A stretch of 64,000 nucleotides of DNA from Eledone cirrhosa (GCA_964016885.1 OZ024741.1:164300001-164364000); one strand, 5' to 3'. Numbered from the stretch's first letter, positions 38,730-51,686 are shown. A program made the numbers and translations. Notes: generated by a model not told the origin, from the letters alone.

Positions 38730-38960
38730 AGACATTGATGTTTAGAGAGTACCAACATTGATGTAGTGGGGGTTACCAACATTGATGTTTTTTTGAGGGG
38801 TTGGGGTACCAACATTGATGTTTAGTGGAGTACCAATATTGATGTATTGGGAGGTACCAATATTGATGTTTAGTGGGGTACCAACATTGATATTTAGAGA
38901 GTACCAGCATTGATGTATTAGGATGTACCAACATTCATGTATTAGGGGATACCATCATTA
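38730..38960. repeat. ~21-bp minisatellite (TACCAACATTGATGT core)
   Basis: About ten degenerate units. Confidence 0.85.
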
Positions 38961-40704
38961 ATATTGTTGAATGAGTTTACCTCTATCAAAGTTGATATTT
39001 TGGTTTATCATTGAAATAAGGAGTTTATCTCTATCAAAGTTGATTTTTCACTCCCACAATCCAATTTCCTTCTAATTTGTATTGTTTTTGCAATAGTTTT
39101 ATTGTATATTTTTACTGATATTTTTACTAAAATGTAGTCTTAAATCTATCAACCTCCGTTCATTTTTAATCATCCTAACTAGAAATATCTTTGTATTTTC
39201 TTTCTGTTTTTTTAACATTTTATTCCAATTTGTCTTCCATTCTGCATCAAAACAGGGATAAGTATTAAAATTAAAAATAAGAATAAAAACAGAAACAATT
39301 ATAATTGGGAGGTGAGGTGGGGTAACTTTATGCCAAAACAAAAATTAACAAAGAAAAATGTATTTGTATAAAAACTATTTAAGAAATATTAGGGATTTCT
39401 TGTAACTGGTAACTGAGGAATTGGAAATGTCTCTTTACAGTAAGAATATTTCTTTAGAATACCATAACCAATTCAGACAAACAGCTAACTCCATGTTGAT
39501 AGGTTACACAACTGCTAATGTAATGTTTATTGGTATATATCCCCTTTTGTGTGTGTATATATATATATATATCCCCTGTTGTACTGTGTTTGAGATTGGA
39601 TGTAGACATGGCTGAAAAGTGAACAAGTTTGTAACTGTTATCTACTATAGTCTCAGGTCGACTCAAGATTTGTCAGTGAAATTGAGTTGGTGGAAACCCA
39701 TCAGATAGATTGTACCTATAATGTAAACGTCTTTCTGCCTAGCAATTATGTTAAATGTACACATTTTTTAGAATACACAACCACTTATATACTAATGTTA
39801 CAAGTAGGCTGCTTCGTTAATTGAACTACTGAATATTTATCATCACAACATCTGTAGATTCATTATGTTTGAGACAACCGAACATGTCAATATACAGTGA
39901 TATGCTTATTCTAAAACTCAACCTGAGAATTATTTCAAATTAGAATGCCTACCTGGAGTGTTCTGAAGCCCTATAAGCACCAAAGCCTGATAATTGGTTT
40001 GAACACACATAATGTTCAATAGCTAACCCACCTCACTTGAACAGTCTGTAAATAAGGTGTGGATTGTATAACTATCATATAATTGATAACTGTTTTGTTT
40101 TATTATAGGTGTATCTCGCAAATGTGGGCTCTTCCAGACAGACTTACACAAGTTATACTACAGAAAAAGCTTGGGAAGGTCAATGGTAACTTCACAATTT
40201 TGTGACTCATCACTACCACCATCAGTAAAATTTGAAACAATGCCCTTTTACCACCAGATATCGATTCTGTAATAAACCTGTCCATTTTAAAATGTTCATT
40301 AAGAACTTCCATCATAATGTTCTATAAGAACTTGATTATGTTCTAAATGTCAACTTAATGAAAAGTTATTTTACTAAAATCTTCCAAATTCTCGGTTATT
40401 GTCAACACTAACAGATTCAATGTATTTCTTTGAGAAATTTGATAATGAAAGGGTTGAAGTAAATGTTAAAAATATCTTTCAGCATTTCATTGACTGCACA
40501 AGGAGATTTAAAGTGGGTAGAAAACTGTTTGCCTTTTGCTTTATATTTAAACTTCATTGATCAATTATCAATGTGGTTAAAACAAAACTGGCAATGTTGG
40601 GTTTTTAGGGCCACCACAATACTGGTGTGAAAGTTTAGGTATTCTCACATACATTTCTCATTTCAAAAATGGAAGAAATATTTCCAGAATATATAACTGT
40701 TTTG

Positions 40705-41075
40705 TTGAGCAGTCCAAGCAACTATACAGATATCACCTGCTTACTACTCACTGAGCAGTCCAAGCAACTATACAGATATCACCTGCTTACTACTCACTGA
40801 GCAGTCCAAGCAACTATACAGATATCACCTTCTTACTATTCACTGAGCAATTCAAGCAAATATATTGATGTCCTCTCCTTTCTACTCACTGAGCAGTCTA
40901 AGCAATTATATAGATATCCCCCCTCACTACTCACTGAGTAGTCCAAGCAACTATATACATACCCTCCCCACCTCACTACTCATTGAGTAGTCCAAGCAAC
41001 TATATAAGCTAACCTATCCCTACCTTTACTACTCATTGAGCAAACAATTTAAGCAACTACATAGATATACCCCCT
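40705..41075. repeat. ~43-bp minisatellite (TGAGCAGTCCAAGCAACTATACAGATATCACCTGCTTACTACTCAC)
   Basis: About eight units, homogeneous at the left and diverging rightwards. Confidence 0.9.
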
Positions 41076-43122
41076 ACCACCACCACCACCACCACCACCT
41101 AGCCTATTGGTTCATTCATTGTATAGCCTCTGGCATCTCACAAGACCTATAGCAGTACAGTACAGTACAAGGATGAATAATCACATAAATCATTCAATCA
41201 ACATTGTCACAGTAGGATTTAGGTTAACAGGATTAATACACCATCTAGTAATAGCAGCAAAGTTTAATATTAGCTGCAAGAATCTCACCATTCTGGGAAG
41301 GTCTGCAAAGATCACCAACACTGTGACACTGCGCTTCTTTTTTTAAAACTAATTTATCTCCCCACCTCCTTTTTTCTGCACACCCCACTTTCTAAAAAAA
41401 AAGACATCTTATTTTTATTGAGGATACATATTGACCAAGAATTCTAAACTTAGACCAATAGTTTCTAATACTTTCACTATGAATGATCTCATTTATTTAA
41501 ATGAATTTTCACACAGACCACAAACTTTGGAAAGATCTGTCTCCTTGAAAAGCTGACAGTCACCCCATAGTACTATCATTGCAGACCCCTCCCCCAGGGA
41601 TCCTCCACTGACCACAGGGTTGGTAACCACTGGCTCAGACCATGCCATATCCATTAAAAAGATGGAGAGGGATTATTATTAATCCCGCTTGAGTTAGAAG
41701 AGAACTATTGACCTGCAGGAGAAGCAGCGACCCCTGATTGTATTCAGCAACCAAAACAAATATGAAGTACACCAAATCCAATGCTCCTAGGGGCAGCCCT
41801 GGTTCTTCTTATTTGCAAGTGTAAACTCGGCCAGATTAGATTAGATTAGATAAATTTGAGCAGGTCCTTCTCTCCCTGCCCACCTTACTGTTTTGTGTTA
41901 GTGACCTGACCTGGAAATATGTCAAAGGTCTTACTGCAAAGAAACAGCCCCAGTTGACCAAATTATGAATTATGAATCTATGTATAACATCAACATCATA
42001 GAAATTCAAGAACCCATATTTTGGAGGAAGAAGGAGGTTAATATTATAATTTATTTTAAACTATTAAATTGAAATAATGTTATTTTCCTTGTTGTTGTTT
42101 TTAATGCATGTTTTTGTTGAATGTCTTTATCTTTTGGTATTTTGTAATTTGTAATCATAAGATGAAAACACCAGGGAAGTTATTTCGTTTTAAATATTTG
42201 TTGTATATTGTCTTTTTTTTCTCATTCTCATTTTAAACAATTTTAAATTTTAATGGAAGTTTTGTTTGACAGTTGAAAACTTTCTTCAGAAACACACACA
42301 TACATACACACACACATGCAGCAAACTAACGCAGTTTAGGAAGAGAAAATAACAAAAAAAAAATGAAAAAAAAAACAACAAAAAAAAACTCAATGTGGCA
42401 AGGAAGACTGGGAATGTTGAAAAAAAGGGACTGAAATTCTTTAAAATGTCTTGAAAATGGATTTTTTGGTATTCATAATATTTATCATTTTTTTTACATT
42501 GTTTTGTATTTTGTTTATTCTTATTTTATCTTGTTTTCTGTTTTAAAGACTGTAATCAATAAAATGCTTTATTAAAAATTAGCACCAAATTGTGAAAGAA
42601 ACCAACTAGTGCCCCAGTATGGCCACAACCCTCTGGCTGAAACCAGTAAAATGAAAAAAAAGAGAGTAATACATAGAATGAGAGGAAGGTGGAGAAGGAG
42701 GGAATCTCTTTTGTTTTCCAATTAAACAATTTTCTTTTCTTTCCTTCTTATATATAATTATGTATGTATATATATATATGCAGTGATTTTATGTGTATAT
42801 ATATATGTGTATATATATAATATATATAATATATATATTGTATTTATATTGTATATAATATTAGTAATAAGTATAGTACCAGGAATGACTAGGCCAGAAG
42901 TAAGAAGACAATTTATTTATATATTATGAATCTATCAATGTTATATCTGTAGGAAGACATCACACATTGATTTATCTGGAATAGCTCAACAAACACTCAA
43001 TGAATTCATAACTTCAGAGTAGCAATTAATTATTTAATTTTGAAGGGGCTGTAAACAGGACAAAGACAACGTCAACTCCATACAAAAAATAACAAATACC
43101 CAATATATATATATATATATAT

Positions 43123-43284
43123 AAATAATTACAACAGTGACATAAACAGGTACTTAAGTTTCGTTGGGTTCTGGGCCCCAACTCATTCAGCCCGTCATAA
43201 GAAAAATATGACAGGCTGAAAGAGTTGGGGTCCAGAACCCAAAGAAACTTAAGTACCTCTTTTATGTCACTGTTGTAATTATTT
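43123..43284. ncRNA. 160-bp hairpin made of two back-to-back hammerhead motifs (43147-43194 minus, 43213-43258 plus)
   Basis: GG-CTGA(AT/AA)GA-GTTGGG/CCCAA(C/A)-GAAA-CTTAAG-TA-CC on each strand. Confidence 0.8.
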
Positions 43285-43417
43285 TTACTAAACTTGTCCT
43301 ATGGGCTGAGTGCTCTTTCTCTTGGATATTTCTACCAAACTTTTACTATGGTATATGTATATATATAATGTTTATATAAGCATATGTATATATAAATATA
43401 TATATGTATCTATCTAT

Positions 43418-43610
43418 ATAACGAAGGAGGTGTGGTAAGGAACCAGAAGGACCATAACGCAGCAGAGTACTCAATACTTAGGATAGTAGAGTGGGTAATA
43501 GGATAATGTTTAACCTCGATGGCAGAGTTCAAGCCGTTTCGACGACTATTTCTGGACAGAAATAGCCATCGAAACGGCTTGAGCTCTGCTGTTGGGGTTA
43601 AACATTTTCC

Positions 43611-43613
<3 letters not shown>
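43418..43613. mobile_element. Small fold-back element in (TA)n (relative of 29181-29346)
   Basis: Shared ATAACGAAGG..GGTAAGGAACCAG..AGAGTGGGTAATAGGA leader; palindrome 43498-43613. Confidence 0.8.
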
Positions 43614-43654
<41 letters not shown>

Positions 43655-44039
43655 CGTGTATATATATATGTGCTCATGTTATTAATGTAGATTTTCACTG
43701 AACCTATATATATAAAGAATTATAGAACAAAAAAAAAAGGTTGGTGGAGTTAATATCAAATAATCATACCTAAGAAACGAGAAAGGAAAAAGACTAGTAA
43801 GATAAGAAAACTGATCATTTAGTCTATAGTTAGTGATAGAAAACATAATAGTTATATATGACATGATAATGATATATCACAACACATGACCATATAATAA
43901 GTGATATAGCATGACAGAAACACTACATAATCTTGATATCTCATTCAGTATCATGTGATATTTCATATTTCTAGCAACATAGCATCAGTATTGTATGTGG
44001 TAGAGAATAACATGTTGTCAACTGAATAGTCTCTATACA

Positions 44040-47000
44040 AATTTTGTATTTTTGTTAATCGCTTGTTAAATGCAAGGACCCCATTCAATCATTACCTTCT
44101 AGCTAGCGTATTTTCAAACCTTAATTCCTAACGTATTTTCAAACCTCAATCCCTAATTCTAGCGTATCTTCAAAACAAAATCCTTTCCTTCTTCCTTCTT
44201 CGAAGGCATGGGGCGGTCAAACGCCTAACACACACAACCATCATGCGGCCACCCCCCCCTCTCTCTCTCTATATATATATGATAGGAATTCACTTCGCCA
44301 AATTTCATTGCTTGCTGTCTCTACCCCACGATATTCATGTAACGTAATGTACAGATTTCATTTCTCACCCTCCACAAATCCTAATTCTAGCGTATTTTAA
44401 TTCTAATTCTAGCGTATTTTCAAAACAATCCATATTTCGTATCAAGTCCAAATAGCCAATCTATCGCTAAAACAAACTACATTTTCTGTTTCTATTAATT
44501 GTTAAATACGAAAGTTTTTGGTCGTATTGAACAGAACAAATTTTGTATTTTTGTTAATCGCTTGTTAAATGCAAGGACCCCATTCAATCATTACCTTCTA
44601 GCTAGCTACCCCCCACCATTGCTATTACGTGGACCAATCATAAAACAGAGCCCCCACGCATCACCAGTATTATTACGCGGACCAATCAGAAGCCAGAGGC
44701 CTATACTGTCGCTTGCCTGGTTGCCTTTCGATATATGATGGATGGATGGACTGCGGAATCCTGGAGAGTGGAGGAGAGAGAGAGAAAAATCTGGACGCTC
44801 AGCGACAATGCCAAAGATAAAGACAAATTCACCTCTTGGACGAGAATGCGAGCACTCCTCATTGTTTCGACCGCGGACGGCTAACATAACCCCATCGCCC
44901 CCCGCCCCCACCGCCCCCAACCCCCAAACGAAATCCAAAACTTCAGAGTTGGTACCATAAATGTAGGCACCCTAAAGGGTCGCGCTAACGAGGTTGTAGA
45001 AATGCTTGAACGTAAGGAGGTCGATGTTTGTTGTATTCAAGAGACCAGGTGGAGGGGTGGGTCTGCTAGGTTCATTGAGGGTAAAAAACGATGTTATAAG
45101 CTTTTCTGGGTGGGAAACGACGATGGGCTGGGTGGAGTAGGAATCATGGTAGCAGAAAAGTGGGCAGATAAGATAATAGACGTAAATAGAGTGAACGACA
45201 GAATAATTAAAATACGACTTGTCCTCAATAGAACTACGGTGACAGTAATATCTGCGTACGCACCCCAATCCGGACTGCCCGGCACTATAAAAGACAGATT
45301 CTATGAGACACTGATGCTAACTACCTCCCAAATATCCGACAGTGACTATATAATTATCGCAGGCGACCTAAATGGTCACATTGGACAACATTGTGACGGC
45401 TACGACGAAATCCATGGAGGCTATGGGTTTGGTACTAGAAATGAGGAAGGCTCCAGAATCCTGGAATTCTGTGATGCAAATAACCTAACTATCTGTAACA
45501 CTAACTTCAAAAAACGTGACAATCACCTGATCACCTATAGATCCGGGGAACACACAAGCCAGGTAGATTATATCCTTACCAGAAGACGTGACAGAGTGTC
45601 TGTTGTAAACACTAAATCCCTCCCCCATGAAGAATGCACCTCCCAACATAGACTGATAATTAGCGACCTCATAGTCAGGACGAGACGTACTCGACAGCAG
45701 AAGAGGACTATCCTCAGGAGAAAAATATGGAAGCTAAAGGACCCCACAGCCAGGAATAAATTTCAAAGCATATTACTTGATGCTTTCGACAGTAAGGAAG
45801 AACATTTAGAGTCGGACAATATAGAGGGAGAGTGAGAATTTCTGAAAGCAAACCTGCTGTTGGCGACAGACGAAGTCTGTGGCTGGAGCAGGCCTGTAGG
45901 CAGGAGGAGAGTAACATGGTGGTGGAACAGTAAGGTGGAGGGGTCAATTAAGGCCAAAAAGCAGGCTTGGAAAGTATGGCGGGATGGGGGAAGTAGAGAG
46001 GACTATCAAGTGGCCAGGAGGGAAGCTAGGAGACAAGTGTACTTAGCAAGAAGGGAAGCTGAGGAAAGAAAGTTCAAGCATGTTCTACAACGCGATGACC
46101 AAAAACGTGAGGTGTTCAGGATTGCTAGGCAATGCGTCAAGGAAAACCGTGATATTGTCGGGGAGAAGTGTGTACTAAACGACGATGGCACACTTGCCAT
46201 CACCGACGCTGATAAGAAGGTAGCATGGAAGTGTCACTATGAAAGGCTACTAAATGAGGAGAATAAATGGGAGAAAGACAGTCTCCCCCATATCGACCCA
46301 ATAGAGGGACCAGCAGTGTTAGTCGAGGGGAGTATAATAAGTAAGGCAATCAAGGATATGAAGACGGGTAAGGCGGCTGGGCCTTCGGAAATAGTTGCTG
46401 AGATGCTGAAGGCATCTGGCACGGTGGGACACACCATGGTCACCCGCATAGTTAACCAAGTCGTACAGAATGGGGTTGTTCCGAAGGACTGGCATAGCAG
46501 CATCATCGTTAACTGTTATAAGGGTAAAGGAGACGCCCTAGATAGGAGTAACTATAGAGGCATTAAATTAATCGACCAGGTCATGAAGGTCACGGAAAAA
46601 GTAATAGCGCAACTAATCAGAGAGAGAATTGACCTAGATGAAATGCAGTTCGGGTTTGTGTCAGGCAAAAGTACCACAGACGCTCTTTTCATAGTACGAC
46701 AACTACACGAGAAGTACCTAGCTAAAGGTAAACCCCTCTACTTAGCTTTTGTCGACTTGGAGAAAGCCTTCGACAGAGTCCCCCGCTCCATTATCTGGTG
46801 GGCTCTTAGAAAACTAGGCGTTGACGAATGGCTTGTGAGGGCTATACAAGCCATGTATAAAGAAACAGTCAGCAAGGTTAGAATTAACAACGAATATAGT
46901 GAAGAGTTTAGCGTAAAAGTTGGCGTCCATCAGGGCTCTGTTCTCAGCCCACTAGTATTTATTATTGCCCTTCAGGCTATAACAGAGGAGTTCAAGACAG

Positions 47001-48380
47001 GCTGCCCATGGGAACTCCTATACGCAGACGACCTGACACTCATAGCGGAATCAATGGCCGAGCTAGAGAAGAAATTCCAAACATGGAAGCACGGCCTAGA
47101 GTCAAAAGGACTTAAAATTAACCTGGCTAAGACCAAAGTACTAGTTTGTAGGAAAGAAAACAAGGCGGCGGTCCCTTCTGGGAAATGGTCGTGCTCGGTG
47201 TGTAGGAAAGGCGTAGGTAGAAACTCCATTTTATGTCCTAAATGCAAAGTATGGGTGCATAAAAGATGTAGTGGGATCACAGGTAAGCTAACTAAGAACA
47301 TAGATTTTACATGTGGCCGGTGCTCTGGTGCAATAAGTAGCAGCAAGTGCCCACAAAATACTAGCTCTTTCAATTGCGCAGAGGGTTCTATAGAAATAGT
47401 GGACAGCTTCCGTTACCTGGGCGATAAAATCAGCAGTGGGGGAGGGTGCTCTGAAAGTACTGTAGCTAGAGTCAGAACTGGTTGGAAAAAGTTCAGAGAG
47501 CTTATACCACTATTAGCTGCTAAAGGGTTCTCACTAAAAATGAAAGGCAGGTTGTACGATGCCTGCATACGAACAGCAATGCTGCATGGCAGTGAGACCT
47601 GGGCATTGTGTGCAGAGGATATACGCAGACTAGAGAGGAACGAAGCTTGCATGCTCCGCTGGATGTGTAACAGTAATATACGTGAACGGCAAAGCATAAA
47701 CGAACTAAGGAAAAAATTAGAGATAAGAGGGATCAGATGTTGTTTACTCGAGAGAAGGCTACGTTGGTATGGACACGTGATGCGCATGAAAGTCGATAGC
47801 TGTATAACAAAGTGCAGGGCAATAAAGATAGACGGTAGTCACGGAATAGGCAGACCTAGAAAAACCTGGGACGAGCTGATAAACTCCGACATCACACACT
47901 TACACCTCTCCAAGACAATGTCACTGGACCGAGACCTTTGGCGGTACTCAGTAACAGAGAAGACCCGCCTTACCTAAATATATAGTAAAACCTACTCCAG
48001 CCAGTAGGCATCTCTAACAAAATACACCCCGTCCCACCACCACCACCCCCACCCCATCCACACCACCCCGTTCTATGTAAAGTTATGTTGGTGCCGCGCC
48101 ATCGAGGCCGAAACAAATGAGATCGTGTAGGTGTCACGACAAAAAAACACACAGTCCACGCTGTAATGTGGCCGTGTAGGCAACACGGTAAAAACCTCCC
48201 AGACCCACACTGTAAATGTGGTTGGTGTTAGGAAGGGCATCCAACTGTAGAAAACCTGCCAGACAGTCCTATGCGAGCAAGACAATCACTCTTGCCTCAA
48301 GTGGGACTACCCCCGTCCAAACCCATGCAAGCGTGGAACACGGACGTTAAACGTTGATGATGATGATGATGATGATGATG
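44040..48380 (+). mobile_element. Near full-length RTE-clade LINE
   Basis: Repetitive 5' region (44040-44108 repeated at 44540-44606), APE-RT ORF, 3' UTR and (GAT)n tail; 5' boundary approximate. Confidence 0.92.
44742..47977 (+). pseudogene. RTE ORF: APE endonuclease + RT + PHD finger; probable frameshift in the C-run near 44900 and one in-frame TGA at 45833-45835
   Basis: RVGTINVGTL, IQETRW, SAYAPQ, GDLNGH, QVDYIL, SQHRL; QFGF, VDLEKAFD, GVHQGS, YADD, YLG; ORFs 45002 and 45860 are in the same frame. Confidence 0.93.
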
Positions 48381-48729
48381 ATATATATATACATACTCAC
48401 ACCTGATGTTCTCAATATATATATATACATACAGGGTGTCTCAAAAAATGTATACACACTTCAATTACTTATACAGGCAATATTTATTAGAATGCTGTTG
48501 AAGTGTTTATACATTTTTTGTGGACCTTCTGTGTATGTATATATATATATACATATGTGTGTGTGTGTGTGTGAGAGCTTGTGTACCACAACATACTGGT
48601 TCAACAAAAATGAGTTCAATAAAATAAGAACCAGACTTGAAAAATATAAGTACTAGGGTTGATATTGACTAAATTCAAGGCCATGTCTCACTATGGTTGC
48701 AGTCTAATGACTCAAACCAGTAAATGAAT

Positions 48730-49635
48730 ATAAGAACATAATCAAAAGTTCTACGTAAGGCCCAAATATGTGGGGGAGGAGGGTGATACGTTTGTATGAT
48801 GGGGATCGATTAAATCGAGCCCAGTGCATTACTGGTACTTTATATTATCGACCTCGTAAGGATGAAAGGCAAAGCTAACCTCGGCGGCATTTTAAATCAG
48901 AATGTAAAGGGACGTAACTCTACACCACAAAGCATGGTGTCCGACGCTTTACCAATTCTGCCAATTCACCACCCTTCCTATATTAATAATAATAATAAAT
49001 ATTTCTAAATTACATGTAAGACCAGCAATTTGGTGGAAGGGGAATGTTTGTTTATGTCAACCCCACTACTAAACTGGTACTTTATTTTATCGACCCTAGA
49101 AGGATGAAAGGCAAAGTTGGTCTCAGCAAGGTTTGAACTAAGAATGTAAAGAACCAGAATTAAAATCCAGAGAACATTTTTTATAGCAATTCTTCCAATC
49201 GACTGCTTTTAATAATAATTGTTTCTACTTGTTGCACAAGGCCAGCAATTTGAAGGGAGAAGGGAATGTCAGTTATATTGACTCCAGTACTTCAATGATG
49301 CTTTATTTTATTGACTTGTGGAAGGCTGAAAGGCAAAGTAGACCTAGCGGGATTTGAACTCGCAATGTTAAGAGCCAGAACAATTACCACAAGGCATTAC
49401 TTTCAACAGTCTAATTATTCTATCAAATCATCACCCTAATGATAATAATCATTAATATTTCTTTTACTTTTAATTTATAAAAAAATGTTTTATAATTGTT
49501 TCTATTTTTGGCACAAGGTGAGCAATTTGAAGGGAGGGCAAAGTGGATTTAATCAACCCCAGTACATTACCGGAACATTATTTTATTGAGTCTGTAAGGA
49601 TGACAGGCAAAGTTGACCGTGGTGAGATTTGAAAC
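48730..49635 (-). mobile_element. Tandem stack of four SINE-B copies
   Basis: Repeated GAAAGGCAAAG..CTCGGCGG..TTTGAACT cores near 48865, 49105, 49330, 49600; A box TGGCAGAATTGG in the first copy. Confidence 0.8.
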
Positions 49636-49706
49636 AAGAGTCCACATCATCATATGGGCATTGAAGAAATATAAGAAGAAATTCAAAGATGGTTAAAAAA
49701 GTTCCA

Positions 49707-49777
49707 TATTTTATTATGCGCATTTCAAAAACAAATATCATCCTGGGACGATAGTTGCGTTCTCATCAGATAAAATA
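49707..49777 (-). ncRNA. Type-I hammerhead ribozyme motif, palindromic stem III
   Basis: TATTTTAT-CTGATGA-long stem II-GAAA-TGCGCA-TA-ATAAAATA. Confidence 0.8.
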
Positions 49778-50639
49778 AGGTAACATGATATGATGCCTAA
49801 AAAACACTTGTGAACAAGAAAGTGTCCTGTCAACATATGATAAAAATATATAATAGGAGAGAGAAGATTGGAAAAAAGAAGGAAGAGCGAAAAGGAAAAA
49901 GAAGGAAAAAATAACGGAGGGAAAATTTAAGAAGGAAAGAGAAAGGAGAGAGAGAGAGACTTTTAATCGGGAAACGCTGTCAAAACTGAAAAACAGCTGT
50001 AAATAACGGCTAAAAATATATATATACGGCTACGAAATAAATAAATAAATAAATTGATGAGGTTTATGTGCTTAAACTAGGTATATTATTTAATTAGGGT
50101 TTATATACTAAAAAAATTGATTAAGAGGTGTGAAAATGTATTATTAAAATAAAATAAAGTAAAATAAAATTAAATTAAATGATTTATAAGCGTAGAAGAC
50201 ATATGTCATAGTTTGTTTAAATAGAGTGTAATTGAAAAATGTGTGAAGAGTTATTTATGTGAAAAAATATATATATGTGTAGAAATAAGAGTAGTCAAAC
50301 CATGTCAAAAATTAAAAATTTGCTAATAAAAATTATAGATTATATACAAAAAAATTATATATGTGGGAAAACTATTTAAATATTTAAATATTATTTTAAT
50401 CCACAAGTAAATAAGCGTAGAAAAAAACGTAGAAATAAACATATGACGTCATAATTTGTTTACAAAATCTACGAAGGTTTATACTGATATGATAAAGGAG
50501 GGAAAATGAGCGGCTTAAAAATAGTGAGAAAAGAATATAAAGAAACATTAAATATGAACTATTTACATATTATTTTGTATCACCAAGTAGATAAAGGAAT
50601 TTGCTAGAGTGATTTAAAGCGTAGAAGACCATATAACGT

Positions 50640-50836
50640 CATAGTAGAAGGAAGACGCAGCAGAGGAAGACCACAAAAAATCATGGGCGGAGGTGTTGAG
50701 TAGACCTCAGATTGCTGAAGCTCACGGAGGAGAGGACGAAGGACCGTGACAAGTGGAGAGATGTTGTGCTGAATAGGACCCGTCCCACCCTTGGAAGCAG
50801 GGAAAAGCGGACGTAAAGTGATGATGATGATGATGA
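50640..50836 (+). mobile_element. RTE LINE 3' tail fragment
   Basis: RGRPQKSWAEV-like coding end plus tail and (GAT)n; inverted homologue of 51687-51850. Confidence 0.8.
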
Positions 50837-50857
50837 TATATATATATATGTATGTAT

Positions 50858-51420
50858 ATACTATAAGAATAAAGGAACAAGGATTCAGTGTTTCATCATA
50901 ACATATTTAATATCATATTATATATGTTTCACTATCAATCAGCTCGAGGAACGACCTATTATTGATCGAACCTGACTCTGTAATAGAAAGGTCATCAGAT
51001 ATGTTTCCTATGTGATCTCGTCTCCGATTCTATGCCTGGAATTCTCTAGCTATTAGATATATACAGCGCATTCTAACAACGTGGTATTCTGCATCAGCTC
51101 ATTGATACATTATCACATCATAATGCTGTGTTTGGTGAGATGTCCTTCTGTCATGGTGAAAAGCGTGCCATCTCAGGTGCCTAATGAAGGAATTTGTATG
51201 TTGAATGAACAGGCACATGTATGTGCTGTTAGAAGAGATCGTGATGTCTTTCGACGAGGATGAGTTCTGAAACTTCTGAATACATATCTGATGATCTTTC
51301 AATTACAGAGTCAGGTTCGATCTATAATAGGTCTTTCCGCAAGCTGGTCGATAGTGAAACATGTAATATGTTATTAAATATGTGATGCAACACTAAATCC
51401 TTGTTCCTTTACATAGTATA
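50858..51420. repeat. Inverted repeat (arms ~50858-51007 and ~51278-51420), each arm a hammerhead motif
   Basis: Plus copy 51282-51371: ACATAT-CTGATGA-~60-nt stem II region-GAAA-CATG-TA-ATATGT; minus copy ~50914-51004. Confidence 0.8.
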
Positions 51421-51686
51421 TATATATATATATATGTAAAAAGTAAACAGAAATAACAACACAATCGGTACAGTATATAGAAGGAATATATTAGGTTAAC
51501 ACTTGAAATAGCAGGAAAAGGGTCTTGCCGTTTCTGACGCTAGACATTCATGACAAGAAAGAACGAGAAAAATTTGACAAAAAAACAAAAAAATTCAATG
51601 GTGAAATTATGAAATGAATTATAGTAAAAAAAAATTCCTTGTTGCTCAAATATAAACCAATGTATATAACATTTTAAATATATATA

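Noticed and set aside
40705-41075. CRISPR-like array
   Set aside because: Units are contiguous without unique spacers; eukaryotic minisatellite.
38050-42700. Host gene exons in the less repetitive AT-rich stretch
   Set aside because: No recognisable protein motif or convincing exon chain by eye.
45833-45835. TGA in the RTE ORF as programmed readthrough
   Set aside because: Position fits a Trp codon (TGG to TGA) typical of this LINE region; simple nonsense mutation or base error is more parsimonious.
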